NCBI GenBank assembly: GCA_040769125.1
Contig: JAXGLO010000001.1
Coordinates: 656,069-720,068, forward strand
DNA from: Thermoleophilia bacterium
GTDB taxonomy: Bacteria > Actinomycetota > Thermoleophilia > UBA2241
Length of the DNA stretch: 64,000 nt
Direction of reading: 5' to 3'
Position 1 is the first letter of the stretch, and each line of letters begins with the position of its first letter. The notes under the pieces were generated by a model. It saw only the letters and a list, made by a program, of their open reading frames with translations, had not been told where the DNA came from and did not search any database. The translations under genes and the position numbers were made by a program. Positions 53,827 through 63,839 of the stretch are shown here, piece by piece.

Positions 53827-55114
53827 CGCTGTCGCAGTCCACGAAGCGCGGCGCCCGCTGCTCCTTCGTGATCTCCCACAGCCGCCACAACGTCGCCGCG
53901 AAGAAGGCGACGAGCAGCGTGTTGCGGGCGATGGTGGGCACCAGCGAGAACCACCGCATCTCGAGCAGGCTCCAGTAGAGCCTGGGGAACTCCACCTGGG
54001 TGAGAAGCAGCGTGAAACCGCCGAGCACGGCGAGCAGGCGGTCGCGGGCGGCCACGAGCACCCAGGCCGGGAGAATCCAGATGAAGTACTGCGGCGAGAG
54101 CACCTTTCCGAACGTCATCAGCGCCAGGATGAGCGCGAGCACGGCGATGGCCTGATCGGGCAGGTTGGCGCGCAGGTGCTCGCGGCCGCGCCAGATGAGC
54201 GCGTAGATGCCGAAGACGGCGAGCAGCATGAGCCCGCCGGAGATGTCGGCGAGGAAGCCCACGCCGGGCGCCGCCAGGTAGTGGGAGCCGTGGCTATGGC
54301 CCCACGTCGCCCAGCCGGCGCCGAGCAGCTGGCCGAGGAGCAGAGGCGTGCCGAGCACGCTCTCGATCTGCAGCGGCCGCCCAAGGTAGTACTCGAAGAC
54401 GTACCAGATGCCGCCCGGTGAGGAGAGCAGGTAGGGCACGAAGGGGGCGGCGGCCGCCGCCGCGAAGGCGACGGCCGGCCAGAGCCAGCGTCGCGGCGGC
54501 CCGGCGAGGACGAACACGAGCGGCAGAAGCGCCGCCGGCGTGAGCTTGAGGGCAAAGCCCAGACCCAGCACGAAGGCGGCCGCCGTGTACCAGCGGCCCG
54601 CCAGGCAGAGCAGGAAGCCGGCCAGCACGAGGGCGACGACTGCATCGTAGCGATTGGCGATGATCGCTCCGGTGAGCGCGACGGCGATGGGGAAGAGGAC
54701 GGCGGCGAAGTAGGCTCGTTCGCCGCGCGGCCAGAAGCGGCAGGCGATGATCGTCGTGACGGCCGCCGTGAGCAGCGTGACGATGCCCATGCTGATGCTG
54801 AACCAGCGCATGTACGCGGTGAGGTCGTCGGTGTGCCCGGGGATGCGGAAGACGGGCACGGCGAGGGGCGGGTACTCCACCCGGAAGGCCTCGCTGAAGG
54901 GCCGCTCGCCGGCGGCGATGCGCGCCGCGTACGAGTGGTACACGGGGATGTCGCTGATCTCGTGGAAGTCGTACCAGAGGTTGGGCAGCAGGAAGACCAG
55001 GACGATCGCCGTGAGCCCGAGGGTAGCGGCGAGGGCGACGGCGAGGCTGACCCTGGATGCTGCCGAGCCCTCGGCGGTGTCAGCCGCTTCTCTGGCCGTG
55101 CCGGCGGTGTTCAT
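53756..55114 (-). CDS. DUF2029/GT87-like GT-C fold membrane glycosyltransferase
   Basis: ATG at 55114 overlaps the gtrA-like stop (ATGA). [35 protein letters not shown] is the characteristic DUF2029 N-terminal loop. More than 10 TM segments. Confidence 0.65.
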   Translation of the reverse strand: MNTAGTAREAADTAEGSAASRVSLAVALAATLGLTAIVLVFLLPNLWYDFHEISDIPVYHSYAARIAAGERPFSEAFRVEYPPLAVPVFRIPGHTDDLTAYMRWFSISMGIVTLLTAAVTTIIACRFWPRGERAYFAAVLFPIAVALTGAIIANRYDAVVALVLAGFLLCLAGRWYTAAAFVLGLGFALKLTPAALLPLVFVLAGPPRRWLWPAVAFAAAAAAPFVPYLLSSPGGIWYVFEYYLGRPLQIESVLGTPLLLGQLLGAGWATWGHSHGSHYLAAPGVGFLADISGGLMLLAVFGIYALIWRGREHLRANLPDQAIAVLALILALMTFGKVLSPQYFIWILPAWVLVAARDRLLAVLGGFTLLLTQVEFPRLYWSLLEMRWFSLVPTIARNTLLVAFFAATLWRLWEITKEQRAPRFVDCDSASLSPPAGTAARRRGAQTSPAGR

Positions 55115-55554
55115 TCCGGGTCCGGAGTCGCCGTCGACGCGTGGCGGAAGCTCCACAGCTTGTTGAGCACGAAGTTGATGGGCATCACGCTGGCGATGGC
55201 GATGAGCTGGCTCACGCCGGGGGCGAGCCGCAGCCCGTGGCGAACGAGCGTGAAGACGGCGAGGTTGGCGAGATAGGCGATAACGCTGACCGTGAAGAAC
55301 CTGGGCAGCTCACGCAGCACGGACCCGCTGGAGCGGAAGGTCCAGCGGCGATTGAGGTAGTAGTTGCTGAGCACCGAGATGAGGAAGCCGAGGCCGTTGG
55401 CCAGGTACTCGGCGGTGTGAGGCGTGCGCCCGGCGACGGCGCCCCAGAGCACCAGCGTGAGGGAGAAGACAGCTAAGTTGACGAGGACACCGCTTCCGCC
55501 CACGCAGCAGAATTTGATGAACTGGATAATGTTGCGTCTGAGGTGGCTGTTCAC
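55111..55554 (-). CDS. GtrA-family membrane protein
   Basis: 147 aa, 4 TM. IIQFIKFCCVGGSGVLVNLAVF ... NYYLNRRWTFR ... NFVLNKLWSFR are GtrA signatures. Confidence 0.8.
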   Translation of the reverse strand: MNSHLRRNIIQFIKFCCVGGSGVLVNLAVFSLTLVLWGAVAGRTPHTAEYLANGLGFLISVLSNYYLNRRWTFRSSGSVLRELPRFFTVSVIAYLANLAVFTLVRHGLRLAPGVSQLIAIASVMPINFVLNKLWSFRHASTATPDPE

Positions 55555-55744
55555 CGATCACCGGTCGGGAGGGAGGGCGGCTGCGCGGCGACGCAGCGTT
55601 GCGCGCAGCCCGCAGACTGCCCGGTATGATACGTGACGGTGCGCGTCTCAGAAACCTGGCAGTGAGGCCGTGAACCGGTGAGGGTGGGCGCCACCCGGGG
55701 CGCTCGCGCCGGTCGGCACGCGCCCGGGCGCGTGCACGCACGTC

Positions 55745-55753
55745 TGGTAGAAT
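55745..55753 (+). promoter_or_regulatory. candidate extended -10 promoter element for ileS
   Basis: TGGTAGAAT (TGn + TAGAAT) lies 36 nt upstream of the ileS GTG. No good -35. Confidence 0.35.
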
Positions 55754-55789
55754 CCTCGATCGGCCCTGCCCCCTCGGAAAGCGAGTCAC

Positions 55790-58700
55790 GTGAGCGACAA
55801 GCAGCCCCGGTTCCAGGAAGTCTCATCCCGCGTCGACTTCCCGGCGCTGGACGCCCGCATCCTCGCCTTCTGGAAGGAACAGCGCATCTTCGCGAAGAGC
55901 CTCGAGGGCAGAGACGACGCCCCCGTCTTCGTCTTCTACGAAGGGCCGCCCACGGCCAACGGCCGCCCGGGCTCGCACCACGTCGTCTCGCGCATCTTCA
56001 AGGATCTCTTCCCGCGCTACAAGACGATGCGCGGCTACCGTGTGCCGCGCAAGGCCGGCTGGGACACGCACGGGCTGCCCGTGGAGCTCGAGATCGAACG
56101 CCGCCTGGGCATCGACGGCAAAAAGCAGATCGAGGACTACGGCATCGCCGCGTTCAACGCTCTCTGCAAGGAGAGCGTGCTCAGCTATCTCGAGGAGTGG
56201 GACCGCTTCACCGAGCGCATCGGATTCTGGGTCGACCTCGACGACGCCTACTACACCTTCACCAACGGCTACATCGAGACGGTGTGGTGGCTGCTGCGCC
56301 AGATCTGGGACAAGGGCCTGCTGTACGAGGGTTTCAAGGTCGTACCGTACTGCCCGCGCTGCGGCACGGCGATCAGCAGCCACGAGGTGGCGCAGGGCTA
56401 CAAGGAGGTCACGGAGGACTCGATCTACGTGCGCTTCCCGCTGCGCCCGGAGTCGGCGGCGCGCCTCGGCATGCCGGAGAGCGCGCCGGTCTCGCTGGCC
56501 GTCTGGACCACGACGCCGTGGACGCTCATCAGCAACGTCGCCGCCGCGGTTCACCCCGAGGTCGCCTACGCCGTCGTCGAGAGCCGCGGCGAGCGCTTCG
56601 TGCTGGCCCGTGGCCTCGTCGAGAAGGTCCTCGGCAAGCAGGCCGTGGTCGAGCGCGAGCTCAGCGGCGCCGAGCTCCTCGGCCTCGAGTACGAGCCGCC
56701 GTACAACTTCATGACGCCCGAGAAGCGGGCGCACTTCGTCATCGGCGGCGACTTCGTCACGACCGGCGACGGCACCGGCATCGTGCACATCGCCCCCGCC
56801 TTCGGCGAGGACGACATGCGGGTGGGCATGGAGAACGACCTTCCGGTGGTCAACGCCGTCGACACCGAGGGGCGCTTCATCGCCGAGGTCACGCCGTGGG
56901 CCGGGCGCTTCGTCAAAGACGCCGACCCGGCCATTACCGAGGATCTCAAGGCTCGCGGACTGCTCCTCGGCGTCGAGCCCTACAAGCACAGCTATCCCTT
57001 CTGCTGGCGCTGCGACACGGCGCTGCTCTACTACAGCAAAGCCACCTGGTACGTGCGCACCACGGCCATCAAGGACGAGCTCATCAGGGCCAACGACGCC
57101 GTGGTCTGGCACCCCGAGCACATCAAGGAGGGGCGCTTCGGCGAGTGGCTGGCCAACAACGTCGACTGGGCCCTGAGCCGCGACCGCTACTGGGGCACGC
57201 CGCTGCCCGTGTGGCGCTGCGAGGAAGGCCACCTGCACTGCCTCGGCTCGGTGGCCGAGCTGCACGAGATGGCGGTTGGGCTGGTGCCGGACGATCTCGA
57301 TCTGCACCGGCCGTACGTCGACGACGTCGTCCTCGCCTGCCCCGAGTGCGGTGGCGAGATGCGCCGTGTGGAGGAGGTCATCGACGCCTGGTTCGACTCG
57401 GGCGCGATGCCCTTCGCGCAGTGGCACTACCCCTTCGAGCACGAAGAGACGTTCCGCGAGCGCTTCCCGGCCGACTTCATCGCCGAGGCCATCGACCAGA
57501 CCCGCGGCTGGTTCTACAGCCTGCTCGCCGTGGCCACGCTCGTGGAGGGGCACAGCTCCTACAAGCGCGTCCTCTGCCTGGGGCACATCCTCGACGCCGA
57601 GGGTCAGAAGATGAGCAAGAGCCGCGGCAACGTGGTGGAGCCCTACGACATCCTCGACCGCCAGGGCGCCGACGCCTTCCGCTGGTTCATGTTCTCGAGC
57701 CAGCAGCCGTGGAGCCCGCGCCGCTTCAGCGCCGACATGGTCGACGAGGTGGTGCGTAAGTTCCTGCTCACGCTCTGGAACACCTACAGCTTCTTCACGG
57801 TCTACGCCAACATCGATCGCTTTGACCCGCTGGGCGAGCCGGTGCCGCTCGAAGAGCGGCCCCTGCTCGACCGCTGGCTGGTCGGCGAGCTCCACGCTCT
57901 CGTGCGCGACGTCACCGACGGGCTCGAGGCCTACGACGCTACCGGCACCTGTCGCGCGATCCAGCAGTTCGTCGACGATCTCAGCAACTGGTATGTGCGC
58001 CGCAGTCGCCGCCGCTTCTGGAAGAGCGAGAACGACAGCGACAAGCTGGCCGCCTATCACACGCTGTACGAGGCGCTTGTGACGGTCGTCAAGCTGCTCG
58101 CGCCGTTCACGCCGTTCGTCGCCGAGGAGCTCTACCAGAACCTCGTGCGACGTGTCGATGCGTCGGCGCCGGAGAGCGTGCATCTCTCCGCCTGGCCGCC
58201 TGCCGACACTCATGCCATCGACCTCGGCGTGTCCTCAGATATGGCGGCGGCACGGCGCATCGTCGAGATGGGTCGCGCCGCGCGCAACGCTGCCGCGGTC
58301 AAGGTGCGCCAGCCGCTGGCCGAGGTGGTTGTAGCGCTGCCCGAGGCCGAGGCCCGCGCCGTCGATCGTCTGCGCGACATCGTCCTCGACGAGCTCAACG
58401 TCAAGGATCTGCGCGCGGTGGGCGATGGCGGCGAGCTCGTCTCGTACGTGGTCAAGCCCAACCTGCGCGTGCTCGGTCCGAGGCTCGGCAAGCGGCTTGG
58501 CGCGCTGCAGGCCGCCCTCAGGGAGGCCGACGGCGCCGCCCTCGTCGCCGAGCTCTCGCGGGAGGGCGCGGTGAGCCTGGTGCTGGACGGCGACGAGCTG
58601 CGTCTCGCGGAGGACGATCTCCTCATCTCGACGGGCTCGCCGGACGGCTACCAGGTGGAGAGCGACGCCGGCCGTGTCGTGGCGCTGCGGACGGAGGTCG

Positions 58701-58996
58701 ACGAGGCTCTTCGCGAGGAGGGCGTGGCCCGCGAGCTCGTGCACGCGGTTCAGCTGGCGCGCAAAGCCGCCGATCTCCGTATCGAGGACACGATCAGCCT
58801 GACGCTAGAGGTGCCCGCCGAGATGCGACGGCTGGTAGAGCGCTTCCGCACCACGATCGCGGCCGAGACGCTAGCTCGCGAGTTCACGGTGGGCGCGGTG
58901 AGCGGCGATTACCGCACCGTTGCCCGTGTCGAAGGGCACGAGGTCGGCATCGGGCTGAGCGCGACGGGTACGATCTTCACCGCCTCGCACCGCTGA
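55790..58996 (+). CDS. ileS: isoleucine-tRNA ligase (actinobacterial/type 2-like)
   Basis: FYEGPPTANGRPGSHHV (HIGH region), CP1 editing domain, QKMSKSRGN (KMSKS); 1068 aa. Confidence 0.95.
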   Translation: MSDKQPRFQEVSSRVDFPALDARILAFWKEQRIFAKSLEGRDDAPVFVFYEGPPTANGRPGSHHVVSRIFKDLFPRYKTMRGYRVPRKAGWDTHGLPVELEIERRLGIDGKKQIEDYGIAAFNALCKESVLSYLEEWDRFTERIGFWVDLDDAYYTFTNGYIETVWWLLRQIWDKGLLYEGFKVVPYCPRCGTAISSHEVAQGYKEVTEDSIYVRFPLRPESAARLGMPESAPVSLAVWTTTPWTLISNVAAAVHPEVAYAVVESRGERFVLARGLVEKVLGKQAVVERELSGAELLGLEYEPPYNFMTPEKRAHFVIGGDFVTTGDGTGIVHIAPAFGEDDMRVGMENDLPVVNAVDTEGRFIAEVTPWAGRFVKDADPAITEDLKARGLLLGVEPYKHSYPFCWRCDTALLYYSKATWYVRTTAIKDELIRANDAVVWHPEHIKEGRFGEWLANNVDWALSRDRYWGTPLPVWRCEEGHLHCLGSVAELHEMAVGLVPDDLDLHRPYVDDVVLACPECGGEMRRVEEVIDAWFDSGAMPFAQWHYPFEHEETFRERFPADFIAEAIDQTRGWFYSLLAVATLVEGHSSYKRVLCLGHILDAEGQKMSKSRGNVVEPYDILDRQGADAFRWFMFSSQQPWSPRRFSADMVDEVVRKFLLTLWNTYSFFTVYANIDRFDPLGEPVPLEERPLLDRWLVGELHALVRDVTDGLEAYDATGTCRAIQQFVDDLSNWYVRRSRRRFWKSENDSDKLAAYHTLYEALVTVVKLLAPFTPFVAEELYQNLVRRVDASAPESVHLSAWPPADTHAIDLGVSSDMAAARRIVEMGRAARNAAAVKVRQPLAEVVVALPEAEARAVDRLRDIVLDELNVKDLRAVGDGGELVSYVVKPNLRVLGPRLGKRLGALQAALREADGAALVAELSREGAVSLVLDGDELRLAEDDLLISTGSPDGYQVESDAGRVVALRTEVDEALREEGVARELVHAVQLARKAADLRIEDTISLTLEVPAEMRRLVERFRTTIAAETLAREFTVGAVSGDYRTVARVEGHEVGIGLSATGTIFTASHR

Positions 58997-59238
58997 CCGC
59001 GGCGGGTGGTCCGATGGGCGCCGCGACGAACAGAGGCATCGTCATGGATCTGCGCGACCTCGCTCATCGCCGGCATTTCCGCGAAGACGGGCTCGTGGAT
59101 CAGGCCGAGGCTGCGGGGCTCTGGAGTCGCTTCCTGCCGACCTGCAGGAACGGCTCGACACGGTCTTCGCCGACCGTCTCGTAACGTTGAGCTGCGAGGT
59201 GGCCGGGGTGCTCGTCGAGCGCTTCTAGAGCGCCGGCT

Positions 59239-59553
59239 TCAGCCCAGGAAGGTCGCGAGCTCCTCGGCTAGCTTGGCCTTCGGCATGGCGCCGACGACGC
59301 GCTGCTTCACCTGGCCGTCCTCGAACGCGAGGATGGTGGGGATGTTCATGACGCTGAACTGCTGCGCCACCGCCGGGGACTCGTCGACGTTGAGCTTGAG
59401 GAACTTGACGGCCGGGTACTCGCTCTCCATCTCCTCGAGCACGGGGCCGATCATGCGGCAGGGCCCGCACCACTCGGCCCAGAAGTCGACGATGACCTTG
59501 CCCGGCTGCTTGACGACTGCGGCGTCGAAATTGTCCTGGGAGACTGCTTCCAC
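59239..59553 (-). CDS. trxA: thioredoxin
   Basis: GTG at 59553 with AGGAGG 6 nt upstream. 104 aa; FWAEWCGPCRM active site. Confidence 0.9.
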   Translation of the reverse strand: MEAVSQDNFDAAVVKQPGKVIVDFWAEWCGPCRMIGPVLEEMESEYPAVKFLKLNVDESPAVAQQFSVMNIPTILAFEDGQVKQRVVGAMPKAKLAEELATFLG

Positions 59554-59579
59554 GTGGCCCCTCCTGGGAGAGTCGGTTG

Positions 59580-60599
59580 TCAGGCGGGCGCGGCGGAGCT
59601 GCCGCCGGCCGCGCCCCCGGCGCCGGACGCCGGGCACTCGAGCGTATCGAGGTAGTGGACGGTCTGCATGGCGGCGAGGGCGCCCTCGCCCACGGCCATG
59701 GCGATCTGCTTAAGCGGGTTGGCGCGCGCGTCGCCACAGGCGAAGACGCCACGTTGGCTGGTGCACAGCAGTTCGTCGGTGACGATGTAGCCGTGCTCGT
59801 CGATATCGACCGTGCCCCGCAGCCAGGCGGTGTTGGGATCCTGGCCGATGTAGATGAAGACGCCGTTGACGGGCAGGGTGCGCATCTCGCCGGTCTTGAC
59901 GTTCTCGACCTCGAGCGCCTGCACCACCTGCTCGCCGTCGATGCGCCGCGGCACGGAGTCCCAGACGAACTCCATCCTGGGGTTGGCGAAGGCGCGCTCC
60001 TGGGCGATAGGGGCCGCACGGAGCTGGTCGCGGCGGTGCACAAGGTAGACTTTCTCGGCGAACTTGGTGAGGTACATGGCCTCCTCGACCGCGGAATCGC
60101 CGCCGCCGATGACGGCGACGGTGCGGCCGCGGTAGAGGGCACCGTCGCAGGTGGCGCACCAGCTCACGCCCCGGCCGATGAACTCGGCCTCGCCGGGAAT
60201 GCCCGAGCGCCGGGGGTTGACTCCGGGCGCGAGGATGACCGCAGAGGCGTGCACGGCGCCCTGGTCGGTGACGACGCTCCAGGAGCCGTCTGGCCGCGCG
60301 GCGAGCGACGCGACGGTCTGGATCTCGCGCAGCTCGGCGCCGAACTCGAGGGCCTGGGCCTTCATTCTCTCCGCGAGGTCGAAGCCCGAGATGCCCCCGG
60401 GGAAGCCGGGGTAGTTCTCGATCAGCTCGGTGAGAGCGACCTGGCCGCCGGCCATGTTGCGCTCGAGGATGACGGTCTTGAGGCGGCTGCGACTGGCGTA
60501 GATGCCGGCCGTAAGCCCCGCCGGGCCGGCGCCGACGACGACGACGTCGTGCACGGCTGCGTCCTGATCAGGCACAGTGGAATCCTTGTCCGGAGTCAT
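59580..60599 (-). CDS. trxB: thioredoxin-disulfide reductase
   Basis: VVGAGPAGLTAGIY (FAD), CATCDG redox-active disulfide, GGGDSAVEEA (NADPH). Gly/Ala-rich C-terminal tail. Confidence 0.9.
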   Translation of the reverse strand: MTPDKDSTVPDQDAAVHDVVVVGAGPAGLTAGIYASRSRLKTVILERNMAGGQVALTELIENYPGFPGGISGFDLAERMKAQALEFGAELREIQTVASLAARPDGSWSVVTDQGAVHASAVILAPGVNPRRSGIPGEAEFIGRGVSWCATCDGALYRGRTVAVIGGGDSAVEEAMYLTKFAEKVYLVHRRDQLRAAPIAQERAFANPRMEFVWDSVPRRIDGEQVVQALEVENVKTGEMRTLPVNGVFIYIGQDPNTAWLRGTVDIDEHGYIVTDELLCTSQRGVFACGDARANPLKQIAMAVGEGALAAMQTVHYLDTLECPASGAGGAAGGSSAAPA

Positions 60600-60625
60600 T
60601 GCGGCGACAGTATACCCAGCGGCAG

Positions 60626-61645
60626 CTAGAGAAGACCGCGGCGCACGAGTTCCTCGGCGATCTGGACCGCGTTGAGGGCTGCACCCTTGCGCAGGTTGTC
60701 GCTCACGACCCAGAGGTCGAGGCCGTTGGTCACCGTATGGTCCTCGCGGATGCGGCCGACGTAGACCGGATCCTTGCCCTCCGCGTCGAGGGGGAGCGGG
60801 TAGGAGAGGTTGGCGACGTCGTCGACGATCGTGACTCCAGGGGCCGCTGCGAGCAGCTCACGGGCCTCGGCGGCGGTGATCTTGCGCCGCGTCTGCACGT
60901 TGATCGCCTCGCTGTGGGCGCCGAACACCGGTACGCGCACGCAGGTGGCTGAGACCTTGACGCTGTCGTCGGCGAAGATCTTCTTGGTCTCGTCGATCAT
61001 CTTCTGCTCCTCCTTGGTGTAGCCGCTGGGGAGGAAGCTGTCGATGTGCGGGAGCACGTTGAAGGCGATCTGGTGTGGGTAGAACTGCAACTCTACGGGC
61101 TCGCCGGCGGCCCACTGGCGGGTCTGCGCCTCAAGGGCCGCGATAGCGCTCTGGCCGCTGCCGGAGACGGCCTGGTAGGTGCTCACGACGATGCGCTCGA
61201 TGCCGGCCGCGTCGTGCAGCGGCTTGAGGGCCACGACCATCTGGATGGTGGAGCAGTTGGGCGTGGCGATGAGCCCCTTGTGGGCGTCGAGATGATCGGC
61301 GTTGACCTCCGGCACGACCAGCGGCACGCCCGGCTCCATGCGGAAGACACTCGACTTGTCGATGACCGTGGCGCCGGCGGCAACGGCGGCGTGTGCGAAC
61401 TCCTTGCTCACGGAGCCGCCGGCGGCGGAGAAGACGAGGTCAGCGCCGGCGAACGAGTCGGCGCCAAGCTCCCGCACCTCGATCTCGGCGCCGCGGAACG
61501 GCAGCCGGCGGCCGGCGGAGCGGCTGCTGGCCAGGAGCCGCAGCTCGCCGACCGGGAAGTCACGCTCCTCGAGGATACTGCGGACGGTGCCGCCGACAAC
61601 GCCGGTGGCGCCGGCGATGGTGACGGTGAGATCGCGGGCGGCCAT
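60626..61645 (-). CDS. asd: aspartate-semialdehyde dehydrogenase
   Basis: IAGATGVVG Rossmann motif, active-site PNCSTIQM, and C-terminus LRKGAALNAVQIAE. Confidence 0.9.
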   Translation of the reverse strand: MAARDLTVTIAGATGVVGGTVRSILEERDFPVGELRLLASSRSAGRRLPFRGAEIEVRELGADSFAGADLVFSAAGGSVSKEFAHAAVAAGATVIDKSSVFRMEPGVPLVVPEVNADHLDAHKGLIATPNCSTIQMVVALKPLHDAAGIERIVVSTYQAVSGSGQSAIAALEAQTRQWAAGEPVELQFYPHQIAFNVLPHIDSFLPSGYTKEEQKMIDETKKIFADDSVKVSATCVRVPVFGAHSEAINVQTRRKITAAEARELLAAAPGVTIVDDVANLSYPLPLDAEGKDPVYVGRIREDHTVTNGLDLWVVSDNLRKGAALNAVQIAEELVRRGLL

Positions 61646-62895
61646 CAGGAACCCCTCACGGCGGCGGTGTGGGTAATGCTGTCCTCGCCGAGCTCAAAGG
61701 CGGCGTGCAGGGCGCGCACGGCCTCTTCGGCGCGGCTCTTCTCGATCACGATCGAGATCTTGATCGGCGAGGTGCTGATCATGTCGAGGTTGATGCCGAG
61801 GTCGGCCAGAGTGGTGAACATCTTGGCGGCCACGCCCGGGTTGGTGCGCATGCCGATGCCGATGACGCTGATCTTGGCGATGTTCTCGTTGCTCGAGTAC
61901 CCCTTGGCTCCAAGCTTGTCGACGATCACCTGCAGGGCGCGGTCGGCCGCCAGGCTGTCCTCGATCGGGATCGTGCATGAGATATCCGTGAAGCCGGCCT
62001 CGCTGGTGTTCTGGATGATCATGTCGATGTTGACGTTCGCCTTGGCCATCTGGCTGAAGATGAGTGCTGCGACGCCGGGCTGGTCGGGTACCCCGCGCAC
62101 CGTCACCTTGGCCTCGTCGGTGGTGTAGGCGACGGCTCTGATGATCGGGCTCTCCATGACTTCATCTTCCTCTCTCACCCAGGTGCCCTCGGCCTCTGTG
62201 AAACTGGAGCGCACGTGGATCGGGATGTTGTACTTGCGTGCGTACTCGACTGCTCGCGGCGCCAGGACCATGGCGCCGGCGGCCGCCATGTCGAGCATCT
62301 CGTCGTAGGTGATCGCGTTGATCTTGCGGGCGCTGGCCACGAGGTTTGGGTTCACGGTGTAGACGCCGTCGACGTCCGTGTAGATCTCGCAGACGTCGGC
62401 GTTGAGGGCTTGAGCGAGGGCCACCGCCGTGGTGTCGGAGCCGCCGCGGCCGAGCGTGGTGATGTTGTTCTGTGTCGAGACGCCCTGGAAGCCGGCGACG
62501 AGCACGATCCGACCCTCGTCCATCTCCTTCTGCACGCGGTCGGGGTGAATCTCCATGATGCGTGCCTTGGTATGGACCGTGTCGGTGACGATGCCGGCCT
62601 GCGAGCCGGCGAAGCTTACGGCTTCATAGCCGAGGCGGTCGATGGCCATGGCCAGCAGAGCGCAGCTGATGCGCTCTCCTGCGGAGAGGAGCATGTCCAT
62701 CTCGCGCTCGGGGGGGTTGGGCGTTATCTCGCGAGCGAGCGCCAGGAGTTCGTCGGTGGTGTCGCCTCGCGCCGAGACGACCGCGCAGACGCTGTTTCCC
62801 TGCTCGAACGTCGCGACGATGCGGCGCGCGACGTTGGCGATACGGGTGGCGTCGGCGACCGACGTGCCACCGTATTTCTGGACGACGACTGACAA
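61645..62895 (-). CDS. lysC: aspartate kinase (with tandem C-terminal ACT domains)
   Basis: TTG start at 62895 with GGAGG upstream. [29 protein letters not shown] overlap with asd. Confidence 0.9.
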   Translation of the reverse strand: MSVVVQKYGGTSVADATRIANVARRIVATFEQGNSVCAVVSARGDTTDELLALAREITPNPPEREMDMLLSAGERISCALLAMAIDRLGYEAVSFAGSQAGIVTDTVHTKARIMEIHPDRVQKEMDEGRIVLVAGFQGVSTQNNITTLGRGGSDTTAVALAQALNADVCEIYTDVDGVYTVNPNLVASARKINAITYDEMLDMAAAGAMVLAPRAVEYARKYNIPIHVRSSFTEAEGTWVREEDEVMESPIIRAVAYTTDEAKVTVRGVPDQPGVAALIFSQMAKANVNIDMIIQNTSEAGFTDISCTIPIEDSLAADRALQVIVDKLGAKGYSSNENIAKISVIGIGMRTNPGVAAKMFTTLADLGINLDMISTSPIKISIVIEKSRAEEAVRALHAAFELGEDSITHTAAVRGS

Positions 62896-63008
62896 GGCTG
62901 AACCTCCGGGAAAAGACGGCTAATCAGTCTACCAAACGGGTGAGGCCGCGTCGCCGTGCGAGCGATGCTGCACCCGGGCCTGCGGGCCGCCTCACGGCGG
63001 CTGCCTCC

Positions 63009-63740
63009 TCAGGCGCTGGGCTTAGGCGCGATCCTTGCGAGCGAGCGCTTGTGCTTGCTGTCGGCGCGCAGGGCATCGACGCGCGCCTTGACGGCCGGCG
63101 AGGCCGAGCCGCTCAGGAGATAGGCGTCGAGCTCCTGGTAGGTGAGGCCCATCTCGTTCTCGTCGGTCTGGCCGGTGAAGAGGCCGGCCGAGGGCTCCTT
63201 GTCGATGATGCGCGCCGGCACGCCCAGCTCGTGGGCGAGAGCGCGCACCTGGGTCTTGACGAGGGCGCCGAGGGGCAGGAGGTCGGCGCCGCCGTCACCG
63301 TGCTTGGTGAAGTAGCCGATCGTCCGCTCGCTGCGATTGCTGGTGCCGATCACGCGGTAGCCGCGCTCGTTGGCGAACGCGTAGAGAGCCGTCATGCGCA
63401 GGCGCGGCTTGAGGTTGGTAGTGACATGCCGCGACTTGGGCATCTGAGGGCTGCAGGCGGTGAGCTGCTCGAGGAGCAGGTCGTAGACGGGCCCAAGGTC
63501 GATGGTCGCGGTCGGGACGCCGAAGAGCCTCGCCACGAGCGCGGCGTCCTCGGCGTCGCGAGGGTCGCTGTGGCAGGGCATGATGACGCCCAGCGCACGG
63601 CCGGGGAGCGCCCGCGTCACGAGCCCGGCGACCACGGCGGAGTCGATGCCGCCGGAGAGGCCGAAGACGGCGCCTGTACCGCCGCTTGTGCCGATCTCGG
63701 CGCGGAGCCAGTCGATGAGATGTTGGGCGAGCTTTGCCAC
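63009..63740 (-). CDS. nadE: ammonia-dependent NAD+ synthetase
   Basis: 243 aa. The GLSGGIDSAVV PP-loop motif and overall NadE layout. Confidence 0.85.
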   Translation of the reverse strand: MAKLAQHLIDWLRAEIGTSGGTGAVFGLSGGIDSAVVAGLVTRALPGRALGVIMPCHSDPRDAEDAALVARLFGVPTATIDLGPVYDLLLEQLTACSPQMPKSRHVTTNLKPRLRMTALYAFANERGYRVIGTSNRSERTIGYFTKHGDGGADLLPLGALVKTQVRALAHELGVPARIIDKEPSAGLFTGQTDENEMGLTYQELDAYLLSGSASPAVKARVDALRADSKHKRSLARIAPKPSA

Positions 63741-63839
63741 GCGGCTCCCTTTCGGACTTCACTAGTGTAACGAAGGAGAGAGGCGGGCGCCTCCCGACGC
63801 CCGCCTCTCGAACCCGCTCGGGATCTGCGGAGGCGCTCC

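Noticed and set aside
55620-55789. Possible T-box leader upstream of ileS. The evidence is AGGGTGGGCGCCACCC at 55681-55696, AGTGA/GAA-like elements and alternative GC hairpins.
   Set aside because: The candidate T-box only loosely resembles the canonical GGGUGGUACCGCG. No convincing specifier loop with an AUC codon could be placed. A good extended -10 (TGGTAGAAT, 55745-55753) would give a leader too short for a T-box. A covariance-model scan would settle the question.
59006-59713. A 235-aa plus-strand ORF spanning the trxA region, and the 59225-60142(-) ORF.
   Set aside because: Both overlap the clearly identified trxA (WCGPC) and trxB (CATCDG) genes in other frames and are Arg/Pro/Ser-rich shadow sequence.
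62896-63008. Lysine riboswitch (L-box) upstream of lysC.
   Set aside because: Only 113 nt separate lysC from nadE, which is too short for an L-box. The region contains just an SD and a small nadE-proximal hairpin (GCCGCC-TCAC-GGCGGC, 62986-63001).
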